Origin: Octopus vulgaris
Taxonomy: Eukaryota
Direction: 5' to 3'
Assembly: GCA_951406725.2 (NCBI GenBank)
Contig: OX597822.1
Coordinates: 81,778,001-81,842,000, forward strand
Length of the DNA stretch: 64,000 nucleotides
The position numbers and the translations under genes were made by a program. Under the pieces are notes generated by a model, which did no database searches, was not told the origin of the DNA, and was given only the letters and a program-made list of their open reading frames with translations. Below are positions 13,126 through 25,251 of the stretch, in pieces (within the stretch, counting starts at the first letter, position 1; each line of letters opens with the position of its first letter).

Positions 13126-13524
13126 GGCGCAGGAGTGGCTGTGTGGTATGTAGCTTGCTTACCAACCACATGGTTCTGGATTCAGTCCCACTGCGTGGAA
13201 CCTTGGGCAAGTGTCTTCTACTATAGCCTTGGGCAGATGAAAGCCTTGTGAGTGGATTTGGTAGACAGAAACTGAAAGAAGCCCATCGTATATATATATA
13301 TATGTATGTATGTGTGTGTATGTTTGTCCCCCTCTTCATCACTTGACAACCAATGCTGGTGTGTTTATATCTCCGTAACTTAGCTGTTTGGCAAAAAAAA
13401 GAAGATCGATAGAATAAGTACTAGGCTTACAAACAATAAGTCCTGGGATTGATATGTTCGACTAAAAGGCGGTGCTCCAGCATGGCTGCAGTCAAATGAC
13501 AAACAAATAAAAGAGTAAAAGAGT
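13126..13524 (+). mobile_element. tRNA-derived SINE family S1, full-length representative
   Basis: Head GGCGCAGGAGTGGCTGTGTGGT with A-box-like and B-box-like motifs, a CORE-like CCTTGGGCAAGTGTCTT, an internal (TA)n(TG)n tract and an (AAAGAGTA) tail. More than 15 copies occur in the window. Confidence 0.85.
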
Positions 13525-14373
13525 GATGAAAAGTTTTAAGAATATTTTAGTTCAAGTCCAATTTGTGTGGTCCAGACAATGCCAGGGGAGAAGCAACATG
13601 TGACTGCTGTCCTATAGCTTAGCCTGCAAACCCAACCAACCAACCACTAAAGCAACTTGTGTAGGGATGGATAGGGATGAATTTAATGTTCACACCTCGA
13701 GGGTGATCAACCTGTGTTACATCAATTTGGACAGAGCTGATTGGGTTATTTAACTTTGACTCAAACTGTTAATACAAATATTTATTCACCATCACGATTG
13801 ATTGTACACGTGTGTGTGTTTAGGTGTCTGTGAACTTGTGTGACTGAATTCTATGCTTACTGGATGTGTTAATCTAATTATTTATGTCAATAGGTTATCT
13901 CCCTTGTAATTTTATCTTCCAACATGATTGCTAAGAATTATTGCCTCTAGCTGGATAGTCTTTTCTGGGGACACAGTGAAAAGATAATTCTAACTAATGA
14001 CTTGGATTATAATTCAAGATTTGGATTATAATTCACAGAAAATTGAAAATATACTTCATTATCATGGTTGTCATCATTATTATCATCATTGTCATTATTA
14101 TTGTTATAATTATTATTTATTAGTATTGTTATAAGAAAATACTATTATGTTTTTTTATATTTCATTTAATTTTGGTTTTGATTTTTTAATGCCCACAAAA
14201 CCCCACACTGTTTTTGGATATTGCCTGAGTCTCTCATCCATTACACCCCCTCCCGCCCCCATGTGACATTTAAGAAAGGAAACGTACCAGTTGCTTCCTG
14301 GGGTCGATCTAATCAACCGGTCCTCTTCCCAAAAATTTAGAGCCTTGTGCCTAAAAGTAGAAAAGATTATTGG

Positions 14374-14523
14374 CACTGGTGTAGCTAGTGTGTGCCACCA
14401 GGAGCAGTCCTTCCATTTGCCACCCCTTGACCCCACATAAAACACATATTACCTACAGCAGACCCAAAAGTGGTGCCCCTCTAAAGTTGCTGCCCAGGGT
14501 GGACTGCCCCTGCTGCACTAGTG
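14374..14523. mobile_element. hAT-type MITE
   Basis: Terminal inverted repeats CACTGGTGTAGC / GCTGCACTAGTG, flanked by a perfect 8-bp duplication ATTATTGG (14366-14373 and 14524-14531). Confidence 0.75.
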
Positions 14524-15102
14524 ATTATTGGCAGAAATAGAGTTGAGAGTCAAAATAAAGAAATGCTTTGTCGTATTTCTTCTGGCTTTTTGTATTCAAG
14601 TCCCACTGAGGTCAGCTTTGCCTTTTATCCTTTTGGGGTTAATAAAATAAAGTACCGGTCAAGTAGAAGGGTCAGTGGTATCAACTAACTCACTCTCCTC
14701 AAGATTGCTGGCTTTGTGCCAAAATCTGAAACCATTCACCCTTTTGCATTTCAAGCAGCCGTATCCGGCCAAAATATCTTACCCGTTACATGTCCAAACC
14801 AGCTAGATTTGGCCTCTCACACTTCCTCTACAATGTCCTTCTAAAAATAAGCAACCACATCATCAAAATCTCAAAGTTATGAGAAAATGCATGATTAATT
14901 CAAAATAATATAAACAAATAGGCGCAGGAATGGCTGTGTGGTAAGAAGCTTGCTTCCCAACCATATGGTTCCGGGTTCAGTCCCATGGCATGGCACCTTG
15001 GGCAAGTGACTTCTACTATAGCCAAGTACTAGGCTTGCAAAGAATAATTCCTGGGTTTGAATGCTTCGACTAAAGGCGGTGCTGAAGCACTGCCTTTAGT
15101 CA

Positions 15103-15653
15103 AAGCTGTCATGTGTGGGACGGATCCGGCTATCAGCTAAATCCATTGTGAAGATTGCTCCACCGCCCTCTTTTGGCTAGGAGAAGCAGGCAATTTTTAT
15201 TTGTCTGGTGGCTGTAGCAAAAGAGGTAGTATGGTGGACCCATTTGAAAGGGCTAAAGCACAGATACTTTCCTCTTTGGCCAAGCCCTCATCAACTTGCT
15301 CAAGTTTCACTTGAGAAGGAAGTTGAGGATGGAGAGGGAAGTTTTGCCTTGTAGTAAGTTTGTTGAAAGGTGAGTGAATGTTGGAAGAATAGCCAGTGTG
15401 AAAGGACCAATTCTGAGCTTCCACCTGTAAAAAAAGAAGAAGGGCTCTTGCCCTGTTGTTCAGGCACCTGTGGCTTTTGTGAGTTTTTCCATGAGGACCT
15501 TAAAGCGCCTCCCTTATTGGGAGTTTAATTTGTTCCACTGTTTTGGTATTACATTGTATACACGCGAAACCCCATTCTTTCCTGTTTTTGTCTTTTATGT
15601 TGTTGCATGTCTTTTGATGTTTTGTATGTGAGCCCTTGTGGCCAATAAAATAA
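15103..15653 (+). mobile_element. 3' end of an L1/Tx1-like LINE (ORF2 C-terminus plus 3' UTR)
   Basis: Translation gives ...AIFICLVAVAKEVVWWTHLKGLK/...ALINLLKFHLRRKLRMEREVLPCSKFVER*VNV...HL*, with the K..IW..R and F...W pattern of L1/Tx1 ORF2 ends. A T-rich UTR follows, ending in AATAAAA. Confidence 0.6.
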
Positions 15654-15954
15654 TTATTATTGTTATTAGCAGCAGAACGAAAAGAATGACTGGCAAAATA
15701 CTTGTCAATAGTTATGTCCCTTTACTTTCTAAGTTCAGTTTCTCCTCTAGCTTGAGTTTGATGTCACAGTTCTTGGACTGAAGAAATAAGACCCCAGGCA
15801 ATTACTGTAATAAGATACCATTCATACACTGGATTAATATAATCAGTTGCATGCTGCTCTCCTCTCCCAAACATGCTTCCTTGTACCCATGTTAAATATT
15901 ATTATCACTAAGAGGAGTGGGGTGGGGTTGGGGTTGAAATGTTAGGCCAAAGTT

Positions 15955-16375
15955 ATATTCTTTTATTCTTTTACTTTTTCCAGTCAATTGACTGTGGGCA
16001 TGCTGGAGCACTGTCTTTAGTTGAACAAGTTGGCTCCTGGACATCTTTGTAAGCCTGGTACTTATTCTATCAGGAGCTCTTTTGCCAAACTAAGTTATGG
16101 GGATGTAAACACACCAACATCGGTTGTCAAGCGATGGTGGGAGGACAAGCACAGACACACTCACAAATATATACATACATACATATATATATATATTTAT
16201 ATATATACACATACAACAAGCTTCTTTCAGTTTCCGTCTACCAAATCCACTCACAAGGCTTTGGTCGGCCTGAGGCTATAGAAGACACTTGCCCAGGGTG
16301 CCACGCCATGAAACTGAACCACGAACCATGTCGTTGAGAAGCAAGCCACTTACCACACAGCCACACCTGCACCTA
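15955..16375 (-). mobile_element. SINE family S1 copy
   Basis: Reverse complement of the 13126-13524 element, including the internal microsatellite. Confidence 0.85.
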
Positions 16376-16592
16376 TGGTTCACTTTTTTTTTTGTCTTGT
16401 TTCAGTCATTAGACTTTGGCCATGCTGGGGCACCGCCTTGAGGAATTTCTTAGACGAATGAATTGACCTCATCACTTAATTTTTTTAAAAGCCTGGTAAA
16501 TTATTCAATCAGTCACTTTTTACCAAGCTGCTAGGTCTTGGTTGTCAATTGGTGTGGGGGGGGGCAAGCAGACACACACACACACACATAAA

Positions 16593-16798
16593 CGAAGGCA
16601 TACTGAAAAGTTCCTGGCTTTAAGGGTATCACGAAAGATCTGGATGGAGGCCCAACTTTCTGAATTCTCTTACAGGGCTTAGAATAACTGAAGCTGCAGT
16701 GTGTGAATCTGAGAGGAGAATATCTTAAATAAAATCATAATTAACTGATCCTCCTGTATTTTCTTTTACCCAAAGCCAGGAACTTTTCAACACCCCTT
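16593..16798 (+). mobile_element. mariner-derived MITE nested in the microsatellite of an S1 SINE (host about 16390-16962, minus)
   Basis: TIRs (TGAAAAGTTCCTGGCTTT / AAAGCCAGGAACTTTTCA). The interior resembles a mariner transposase end (GL..L......CV.L.GEY). A second copy lies at 56828-57040. Confidence 0.7.
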
Positions 16799-17363
16799 TG
16801 TGTGTGTATATATACAAAGAGCTTCTTTTGATTTCCATCTATCAAATCCACTTAAAAGGCTTTGGTTGGTCCAATGTTATAATAGAATACACTTGCCCAA
16901 GGTGCCTCACAGTGGAACTGAACCCAGAACCATATGATTGGGAAGCAAACTTTTTACCACGCAGTTATTATTCTGTGTGTGTGTGTGCGTGTGTAATCTT
17001 TAGTTTTATGCTTATGTGTGTATAATTAAAAGCAGTACTTTGTGAGGATGTGAGAGAGAAAAAGTGAGTGAGAGTTGGAAAGGAATAAAGGAGAAATACC
17101 TTGTGAACTGAAGTGGGGGGGGGTAAGGAAAAGGAGGAGAGAGAAAGGGGTTGGAAACATATCTTTTTACATTATGTTATTGAACCAAATCCAAAAGATG
17201 TTATTTTTTATTGGGGTGAGGGCAGAAGGTGAAGATTAAGTGAAAGTGATACTACAGAAAATACAAACTTCCCATTCCTGTAAGAATAGTCACACACACA
17301 CATACATACACGTGTTCATTTAGACTGGAACCAACGATTAAGTAATCATTGCAGGAAGTGATA

Positions 17364-17395
<32 letters not shown>

Positions 17396-17859
17396 CCAGA
17401 ATGTGGAAAGGCTTGTGGTGTTCTGCATCAGCAAAATTTATATTTATTGATAAACTGTAAAAGTTGCTAAGTTTTACAGTGTTGGGAGTAAGGCTTCCAA
17501 TTGCTTCAGGCAAAAATCTGTCTTTTGGGAGCATAAAAAATCTTTCTTTATCCTTATCCCATGAATGCAGAAAGTGTCAAAAATTCCTGTCCCACTCACG
17601 TACAAACTCAGAAACTCCATACTTTTTAAACACACACACACACACACACACTTTTGCTTTTTATTTTGTTTTTACCAGTTTTTTGTATAATAATTAACGC
17701 TGCTCTGGCTTCCCTTCTCTCCCTGAACTAATCCCTTTACTTGCACATTAATTTATTTTAGCTTAACCATTCTTATTATTTTGTTGTGTCTGGGGAGAGT
17801 CACTCTCTCTTTTCGTGCCTTATTATTTAACACACTCACTGGTTCTATTTCCACTCATT

Positions 17860-18221
17860 TACTCTTTTACTTGTTTCAGTCATTTGACTGCAGCCATGCT
17901 GGAGCACTACCTTTAGTCGAGCAAATTGACCCCAGGACTTATTCTTTGTAAGTCTAGTACTTATTCTATCGGTCTCTTTTTGCCGAACTGCTAAGTTACA
18001 AGGACGTAAACACACCAGCATCGGTTGTCAAGCGATGCTGGGTGGACCAACAGAGACACACAAACACACACACACACATATATATCTATATATATACGAC
18101 GGGCTTCTTTCAGTTTCCATCTACCAAATCCAGTCACAAGGCTTTGGTCGGCCCGAGGCTATAGTAGAAAACACTTGCCCAAGGTGCCACGCAGTGGGAC
18201 TGAACCCGGAACCATGTGGTT
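17860..18221 (-). mobile_element. SINE family S1 copy interrupting an older inverted repeat
   Basis: Reverse complement of S1, truncated at the head. The flanks (about 17770-17860 and 18222-18247) both match the reverse complement of 18530-18665. Confidence 0.8.
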
Positions 18222-18257
18222 TGTGTCTTGCAACCTATTCAATAGTCATACAGCTGA

Positions 18258-18400
18258 ATATATAGTGCAGTACAGCTAGATACAGATGAAATGCATGCTT
18301 TAGAACTACCACCGAAATTCGCTACATATAAAAAGGTCAGAAAAATTGATTGTCAATCTGAAATTGAAAAAAATGTTCTTAAAATTAAGATGGAGGTTAG
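18258..18400 (+). pseudogene. Penelope-like element ORF N-terminal fragment
   Basis: IYSAVQLDTDEMHALELPPKFATYKKVRKIDCQSEIEK, then after a one-base slip in the A-run MFLKLRW. This matches the PLE N-terminal L..dE...L.L.PKF...E.E....KLRW pattern. Confidence 0.55.
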
Positions 18401-18531
18401 GACAATACAACAACACAAACATACAAAGCCAAAACAAGGACGATGTTGATGACAACAACAATAGCGGCAATAACAATAACAACAATTATAACCACATTTC
18501 CCACTCAAACAACTAAAATGAGAGTCAACGA

Positions 18532-18568
18532 TTATTGAAAAGGTTGCAAGACACAATGAAAATTTTAG
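18532..18568 (+). ncRNA. Decayed minimal hammerhead motif with a U3-A8 core
   Basis: TTA-TTGAAAA-G-GTTGC aagac ACAAT-GAAA-AT-TT-TAG. Reverting two CpG-type transitions gives a perfect GTTGC/GCAAC stem II. The inverted copy at 18222-18247 supplies CTA for stem I. Confidence 0.45.
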
Positions 18569-18729
18569 GAAAAACAAGTAAGTAAATGAGTGGAAATCGA
18601 ACCAGTGAGTGTGTTAAATAATAAAGTACTAAAAGAGAATGACTCTCCCCAAACACAACAAAATATGCTTCAACACACGAATTCACATAAAGAATCTGGC
18701 AAACCAAATCCCAAAACGAAGCATTCTTA

Positions 18730-19239
18730 TAATGTAATAACTTCCTCACACTCATACCCTTGCACACATTACACCCTCCACACTTCCCTTGCCTTCCCTT
18801 TGGCTTCATACTTACACCCACTCCCATTTCTTCACATCCTGGCTTTCCTCAGACAAACCCCCACTGATCTTACCACCATACTCCCACACTTGCACACTCT
18901 GTCACACATACATTCATCACTCTCCTCATCTGCTGATTTCCAAACATGGATACACTTCTATCCTTGCACATACACGCCCCTGCTTTCTTCTTGTTTTAAT
19001 TCCCTACCACCACCCCACACACACAGAACTGCATTCCAACCTGACTAAAAACTCCTTGCCAGTGGTTTTATTTCTTTCTCACCAACTTTTCCTCTTTCTA
19101 CTCCTCTCTATTCCGATGAAGGACTAATGTCCAAAACATTAAGCTTCTTACTCCTAAGCATTAATCTAACACAGTGGTAAACACTGTATCCTGCCTGAGT
19201 TTTCTTGTATATTTTTCCCTTTTATTGTTCCTTGCATTT

Positions 19240-19245
<6 letters not shown>
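18730..19245 (+). mobile_element. PLE pLTR-like segment (C/T-rich tract plus decayed hammerhead at 19113-19143)
   Basis: CCGATGA-A-GGAC taat GTCC-AAAA-CA-TTA equals CYGATGAAGGAC...GTCCGAAACGTTA after two CpG-type transitions. The segment ends in (TA)n. Confidence 0.5.
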
Positions 19246-19289
<44 letters not shown>

Positions 19290-19619
19290 TGTGTACCCAC
19301 TGACGCGAACTTCGCCTAGCAAATTATTTTATTTGTTAATTAAAGTTTGAAACCTAGGTCTGGCTGTAAAAAAACACTGTAAAAGTTTTTATTTTTCATT
19401 CCCTTCGAAATTGCTCTTAAATGTGGATTTGGACGTTTTGACTGCTCCTTCTAGCATGTAAGGTAGCCTGTTAAAGGTCACCTCTTTTTGTGTTTAAATG
19501 TACATCACATCACTCATCGCTTTAGGAAATCCCTATAGCAGGGAGGACGGAGTAGACAAAACTACTTATTCAAGAAATTCATTCATTCTTTTATTTATAA
19601 CGACATGCTAGAGGACCTA

Positions 19620-19900
19620 TAATTTTGACCAGAATATGATATTCCAGGGCAACATTGATCTCGACCTGAAATGGGGATTTAAACCCTGTAGGAACCCACC
19701 AAATAAACCCTATCTATTAAGGTTCAAAGAGGAACTTATAAGTATGATTACAACAGTATCAGATTTAATCGTAATCAATTAAGGAACAATTAATGTTTGA
19801 TGATAAACTGGATAACTTGATCAAAGAACTTAGATGATCTTTAGGGATCCTAGTACATGCAGATAAATTTGGTAATTTGTATGATGTAAACGAGTGTTCC
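19620..19900 (+). pseudogene. Decayed Penelope-like element ORF, region leading into the RT
   Basis: KWGFKPCRNPPNKPYLLRFKEELISMI/...FDDKLDNLIKELR*SLGILVHADKFGNLYDV matches the GFKS...PP....L..FE.DL..MI...F...L...I......LLV.ADK..N.Y pattern of invertebrate PLEs. Confidence 0.65.
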
Positions 19901-20299
19901 ATTAACATAAGTTTCATGTGGAATAAACAGGACACAGGGGGACAAGACTGATCCTTTAAATTACAGGTATATAATGCTTCCAGCAGGTTTCCATACTTTT
20001 AGAAATTAGTGATCTTTCTTTCCTTCTCTTGTTAGTAACAACTTTCTCTTTCCCCCATCTCTCTCTCCCTCTCTCATAACTTGTCTCTTTCCTTCTCTTT
20101 TCCTGTCTGTCCCTAAATGTATTGCAGTTATGGGCATATACAGACACATGCATTCACAAAAGCATGTCACACACATGTTCACAAAACATACATAGATGCA
20201 CCCAGAAACACAAGCAAACACACATACACACACACTCTGAAAGTGGTACACACTAACACATTTACAATACACACAGGTACTTGTGTATACACAGAAAAA

Positions 20300-21180
20300 C
20301 CTCATCGCATATATATACTCACATGGAAACACATACACACACACACACAAAGCATACACATTCACTTGTGAATACACAGAAGTACACACACACTAACACA
20401 TGTAGGTGACACACACACACACACTAACACATGTAGGTGACACACACATTCACTCACATACACACATACAAAGCATACACATTCACTTGTGAATACACAG
20501 AAGCACACACACACACTAACACATGTAGGTGACACACATTCACTCACATACACACACACACAAAGCATACACATTCATTTGTGAATACACAGAAGCACAC
20601 ATACACACACTAACACATGTAGGTGACACACACATTCACTCACATACACATACACACACACTAACACATGTAGGTGACACACACACAAAGCATACACATT
20701 CATTTATGAATACACAGAAGCACACACACACACACACACTAACACATGTAGGTGACACACACATTCACTCACATACACACACACACAAAGCATACACATT
20801 CATTTGTGAATACACAGAAGCACACACACACAGAGGCACACTAACACATGTAGGTGACACACACATTCACTCACATACACACACAAAGCATACACATTCA
20901 TTTGTGAATACACAGAAGCACACACACACACACACACTAACACATGTAGGTGGCACACACATTCACTCACATACACACACACAAAGCATGCACATTCATT
21001 TGTGAATACACAGAAGCACACACACACACACTAACACATGTAGGTGACACACACATTCACTCACATACACACACACAAAGCATACACATTCACTTGTGAA
21101 TACACAGAAGCACACACACACACACACATGTAGGTGACACACACATTCACTCACATACACACAGAGATACACATACACAT
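20300..21180. repeat. CA-derived compound minisatellite, unit about 90-100 bp, about 8-9 copies
   Basis: Recurring module CAAAGCATACACATTCA(C/T)TTGTGAATACACAGAAGCAC(AC)nTAACACATGTAGGTGACACACACATTCACTCACATA. Confidence 0.9.
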
Positions 21181-21474
21181 TTAATTTTAGAATATTAATA
21201 TATTGCAGGATATTATTTATCAGCTGCAGTGGTTATTTATTCTCATTTATGTTGTAGTTGTTGATGCTGTTGGTTGTGTTGTTGTTGTTGTTGTGTGTTG
21301 ATGTCATTCACATTGCACTTGTTGTTGTTGTTGTTGTTTTCATTGCAGTGCTTGTATTGTTATTGTTCCTGTTGTTACATTCAATGTCTTTATCTTGTCT
21401 TCAGAAGCACAGATAGTTCTTAATGAGATTATTCTTAGCAGCCATCAAAATGTCAGTTGCCTTGGTAATTAACA

Positions 21475-21514
<40 letters not shown>

Positions 21515-22580
21515 TGAGTGTGTAAACTGAACCATCATTGCTGTCATCATTATAATCACTATCTTAATTTACCTTCATCGTCATCCAGATTCTTCGTTGA
21601 TAGCTGATAGCTTGGCTAAATAATTAGAGCATCCGACAAAATGGCTTGTGGTATCTGTTTTGGTTCTTTACAATCTGAGTTCAAATCCCACTGAAGTCAG
21701 CTTTGCCTTTCATCATTTTCGGGTCAATAAAATAAAATATTAGATACCATTTCCCTCAAACCAGTCATATTCAGCGTAAGTATTCTCCTTGTTTTATGTT
21801 CAAACCAACCAGATCATGCCTCTCATACCTCTCCTACAATGTCGTTCTAAAAATAAACAATAACATCTTTGAACTCTTGAAACTATGAGATAATGCTTGA
21901 TGAATTCAAAAGCACATGGCTTAGTGGTTAGGATGTTCACAATCGTAAGGGCATGAGTTCAGTTCCCAGTGGTACATTGTGATGTTGAGCAAGACATTTT
22001 ATTTCACATTGCTCCAGTTCACTCAGCTGGCAAACAATGAGTGGTACCTGTAATTCACATGGAATCTCCCAGAGAACTATGTTAAGGGTACATGTGTCTA
22101 TGGAATACTCAGTTGTTCGGTTTACTGGGTCGACTGTAAGCTTCGTTGTCGTAAGGCTTTGCACCTTATATAAAAAACGATTTATTAAAAAATTGGACGA
22201 GGGTTGCTGAGACAGTAGAGTAGTCAGACAAATTACCTTGTTGTGTTTAGTTATGTCTCTTTATAAGTTCAAACTCCACCCAGGTCAGCCTTCGCCTTTC
22301 AGTTGTTTGACATATGTTATAGAGTGGATAATATATAAGTTACAAAAGAGCCTCGTAAGTTCTTCTTCTTCGAGATGTATAGTCTCTATGTGCCACAAGG
22401 AATTCTAAAATTTTGAACAGGCTTTCGATCGATCGACCAACCGACGGACGGACAGATATATATTTATTTATTTATTTATAGTATTTTATACCATTATAAA
22501 TCTCTATATATGAATTCACCTAAACGGGTCTATTCTATATACTGGCCACTGATAAAATTTTGAATGATTTTATTCTTAAA

Positions 22581-22665
<85 letters not shown>

Positions 22666-23084
22666 TAGATACGTAGAGTCATTGTCATCATCGTCATTAT
22701 CATTGTGTGAAGACGGAACTTGCTTCCTAATTGTGTGGTACCTTTGGCAGATTTTGTCTATTAATGACCCCAGGCCAACAAATGCTTTGTAAGTGGATTT
22801 CACTGACAGAAACTAATCCATTGTGTGTGTGATGTGATGTGATGTGATGTGATGCGATGCGATGATTCTAAATGAGTATCATGTGTGTCATTACACATGC
22901 AATGTCATTTGTTTCTAGTCTTCTGCAGAAACCATTTTTGGCCGTGAGGAACTCTTACCCCACTTGGAAATAGGGGAAGTTTGGTAACAGGCAGGGTGTG
23001 TGGCCATAGAAAATCTGCCTCAAAAAATTCTAATTTGTCCAATGCAAACCTGGAAAAGTGAGCATTCAAATGATGATGATTATA

Positions 23085-23405
23085 ACTGGTGCTCCGTCAA
23101 TTACAATGGTGACTGTTCCAGTTGATCCAATCACCAAAATGGCCTTGTGAAGATAACGTGCAAGTGGCAGAGCACTCCACAGACACATGTGCCCTTAATG
23201 TAGTTCTCAGAGAGATTCAGTGTGACACACAATGTATCAAAATTGGCCCTTCTGAATTACAGGTACAATTAATTTTTGTCAGCTCAGTGAGCTGGTGCAA
23301 CATGAAATAAAGTGTCTTACTCGAGGGCATATTGTGCCAATGGGAATTGAACTCATGACCTCACAATCATGAGCTGAATACTTTACCCACTAAGCCACGC
23401 TCCTT
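23085..23405 (-). mobile_element. tRNA-derived SINE sharing its 3' body with family S3
   Basis: Minus-strand head GTGGCTTAGTGG...GAGTTCAATTCC. The 3' part matches 44330-44500. A related copy lies at about 21915-22160. Confidence 0.7.
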
Positions 23406-24089
23406 CACATTGTGTTTATGTGTGTGCGTTTGATCTGATATTTGGAATGGTAGATTTCTTTTTAAGATTGCTTTTCATCAGGTTATCCATGACCTTCACG
23501 TATACACTCTCCAAAGCTGATAACATCGATTTAACTGATACTCAGCTTGCAAGCTGACACCTGTTGGGAGAATATGGTTGGCAGTTTGCAGAATCCTAAT
23601 CATAAGACCCTAACAAGAGAGCTTTTGAATGATTCCTCAATGTGTTAATGTGCTACGTACATGAATAAAATCTCCTTCAGAACATTCTCTACCATCTTTA
23701 GAAAGTCATAGATACATTATATAATGTAGCCCTCGATTCAATATGACTTTAAAAAGAAAGAAAAGCAAGAATAAAAGAGGATATTGGCAGCTGGATTGCC
23801 TTTCATCTTAAATCAGAACTGACCTTTAATTTAAACAACAAACAACAACAACATTTCCAACATATTCTAGATGGTGGGGATTGGGAAAAACTGTTTATTA
23901 CATATGACTGGCCAAGCTGGAGTAACAGGGATAGATGCCGAGAAGTACTGAGACAGGTGTGTTATGTAATCTTCAATGAATGTGGTATGTAAATCGCTAA
24001 TTCTGTGGTGTAGTTTTTTTTCTTTACAATGTGCCAGGGACTGGTAATATTTCTTAATAATATTGATTTATACTGGAAACAATGTATAT

Positions 24090-24265
24090 AATTATGGAGA
24101 TGTACTTGCATAGCAAGTGACCTGATCTGAGATTGTGTGCTGAAACAAAAACAGTTACAGCATGGACGGTGTTTATAATCCATTTAAAATATTTAAATTT
24201 AATTTGTCAAAATATTTTTGTCACTTTGAGACCGCAACCAGTTCACTGACAAAATTCCATGCTGT
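24090..24265 (-). repeat. PLE pLTR-like repeat copy 1, with hammerhead-like motif at 24203-24253
   Basis: Direct repeat of 24585-24797. Minus strand: TTTGTCA-GTGAACT-G-GTTGC ggtctcaaa GTGAC-AAAA-ATAT-TT-TGACAAA. Confidence 0.6.
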
Positions 24266-24584
24266 ATATATCATCATCATCGTTTAACGTCCGTTCTCCA
24301 TGCTAGCATGGGTTGGACGGTTCGACCAGGGATCTGGGAAGCCAGAAGGCTGCACCAGGCTCCGGTCTTATCTGGCAATGTTTCTACAGCTGGATGCCCT
24401 TCCTAACGCCAACCACTCCGTGAGTGTAGTGGGTGCTTTTTACGTGCCACCTGCACTGACATGCCACCTGCACTGACGTGCCAGCTGGAAACGATGTTTC
24501 CTAGGGCTAAACAACAGTAACATCGTCCCTTGCAGGACAGCCACATCATGTTGGCAAATAGCCTTTACTTTATATATATATATA

Positions 24585-24797
24585 TTACGGAGATGTACTT
24601 GCATAGCAAGTGACCTGATCTGAGATCGTGTGCTGAAACAAAAACAACTGCAGCATGGAAGGTGTTTATAAGCCATTTAAAAACACACAAAAATCGTTAG
24701 ATTCACTCCAACATTTAAATTTAAATTTAATTTGTCAAAATATTTTCATTGCTTTGAAACCATGACCTGTTCACTGACAAAATTCTGTGCTGCACGC
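24585..24797 (-). repeat. PLE pLTR-like repeat copy 2, with G3-C8 hammerhead-like motif at 24731-24781
   Basis: Minus strand: TTTGTCA-GTGAACA-G-GTCAT ggtttcaaa GCAAT-GAAA-ATAT-TT-TGACAAA. Stem I is a perfect 7 bp. Both copies converge on a GTCGC/GCGAC stem II when CpG-type transitions are reverted. Confidence 0.6.
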
Positions 24798-24827
24798 ATG
24801 TAATGAATATTATAAAAGTTGACAATT

Positions 24828-25047
24828 TTATCTTTTATTCTTGTACTTGTTTCTACAGTCACTTTGACTGTGGCCATGCTGGAGTACTGCCTTTAGTCGA
24901 GCAAATCAACCCCAGTACTTATTCTTTGTAAACCTAGTACTTATTCTATCGGTCTCTTTTGCCAAACCGCTAAGTTACAGGGACGTAAACACACCAGCAT
25001 CAGTTGTGAAGCGATGTGGGGGGAGAGAGACAAACACATACACACAC

Positions 25048-25082
<35 letters not shown>

Positions 25083-25251
25083 CATACACGATGGGCTTCT
25101 TTCAGTTTCTGTCTACCTAATCTATTCACAAGGCTTTGGTCGGCCTGAGGCTATAGTAGAAGACGCTTGCCCAAGGTGCCACACAGTGGGACTGAACCCG
25201 GAACCATGTGATTGGTTAGCAAGCTACTTACCACATAGCCTCTCCTGCACC
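24828..25251 (-). mobile_element. SINE family S1 copy
   Basis: Full-length reverse complement of S1. Confidence 0.85.

Noticed and set aside
20006-21178. Cys/Val- and His/Thr-rich ORFs
   Set aside because: They are products of the CA-rich minisatellite.
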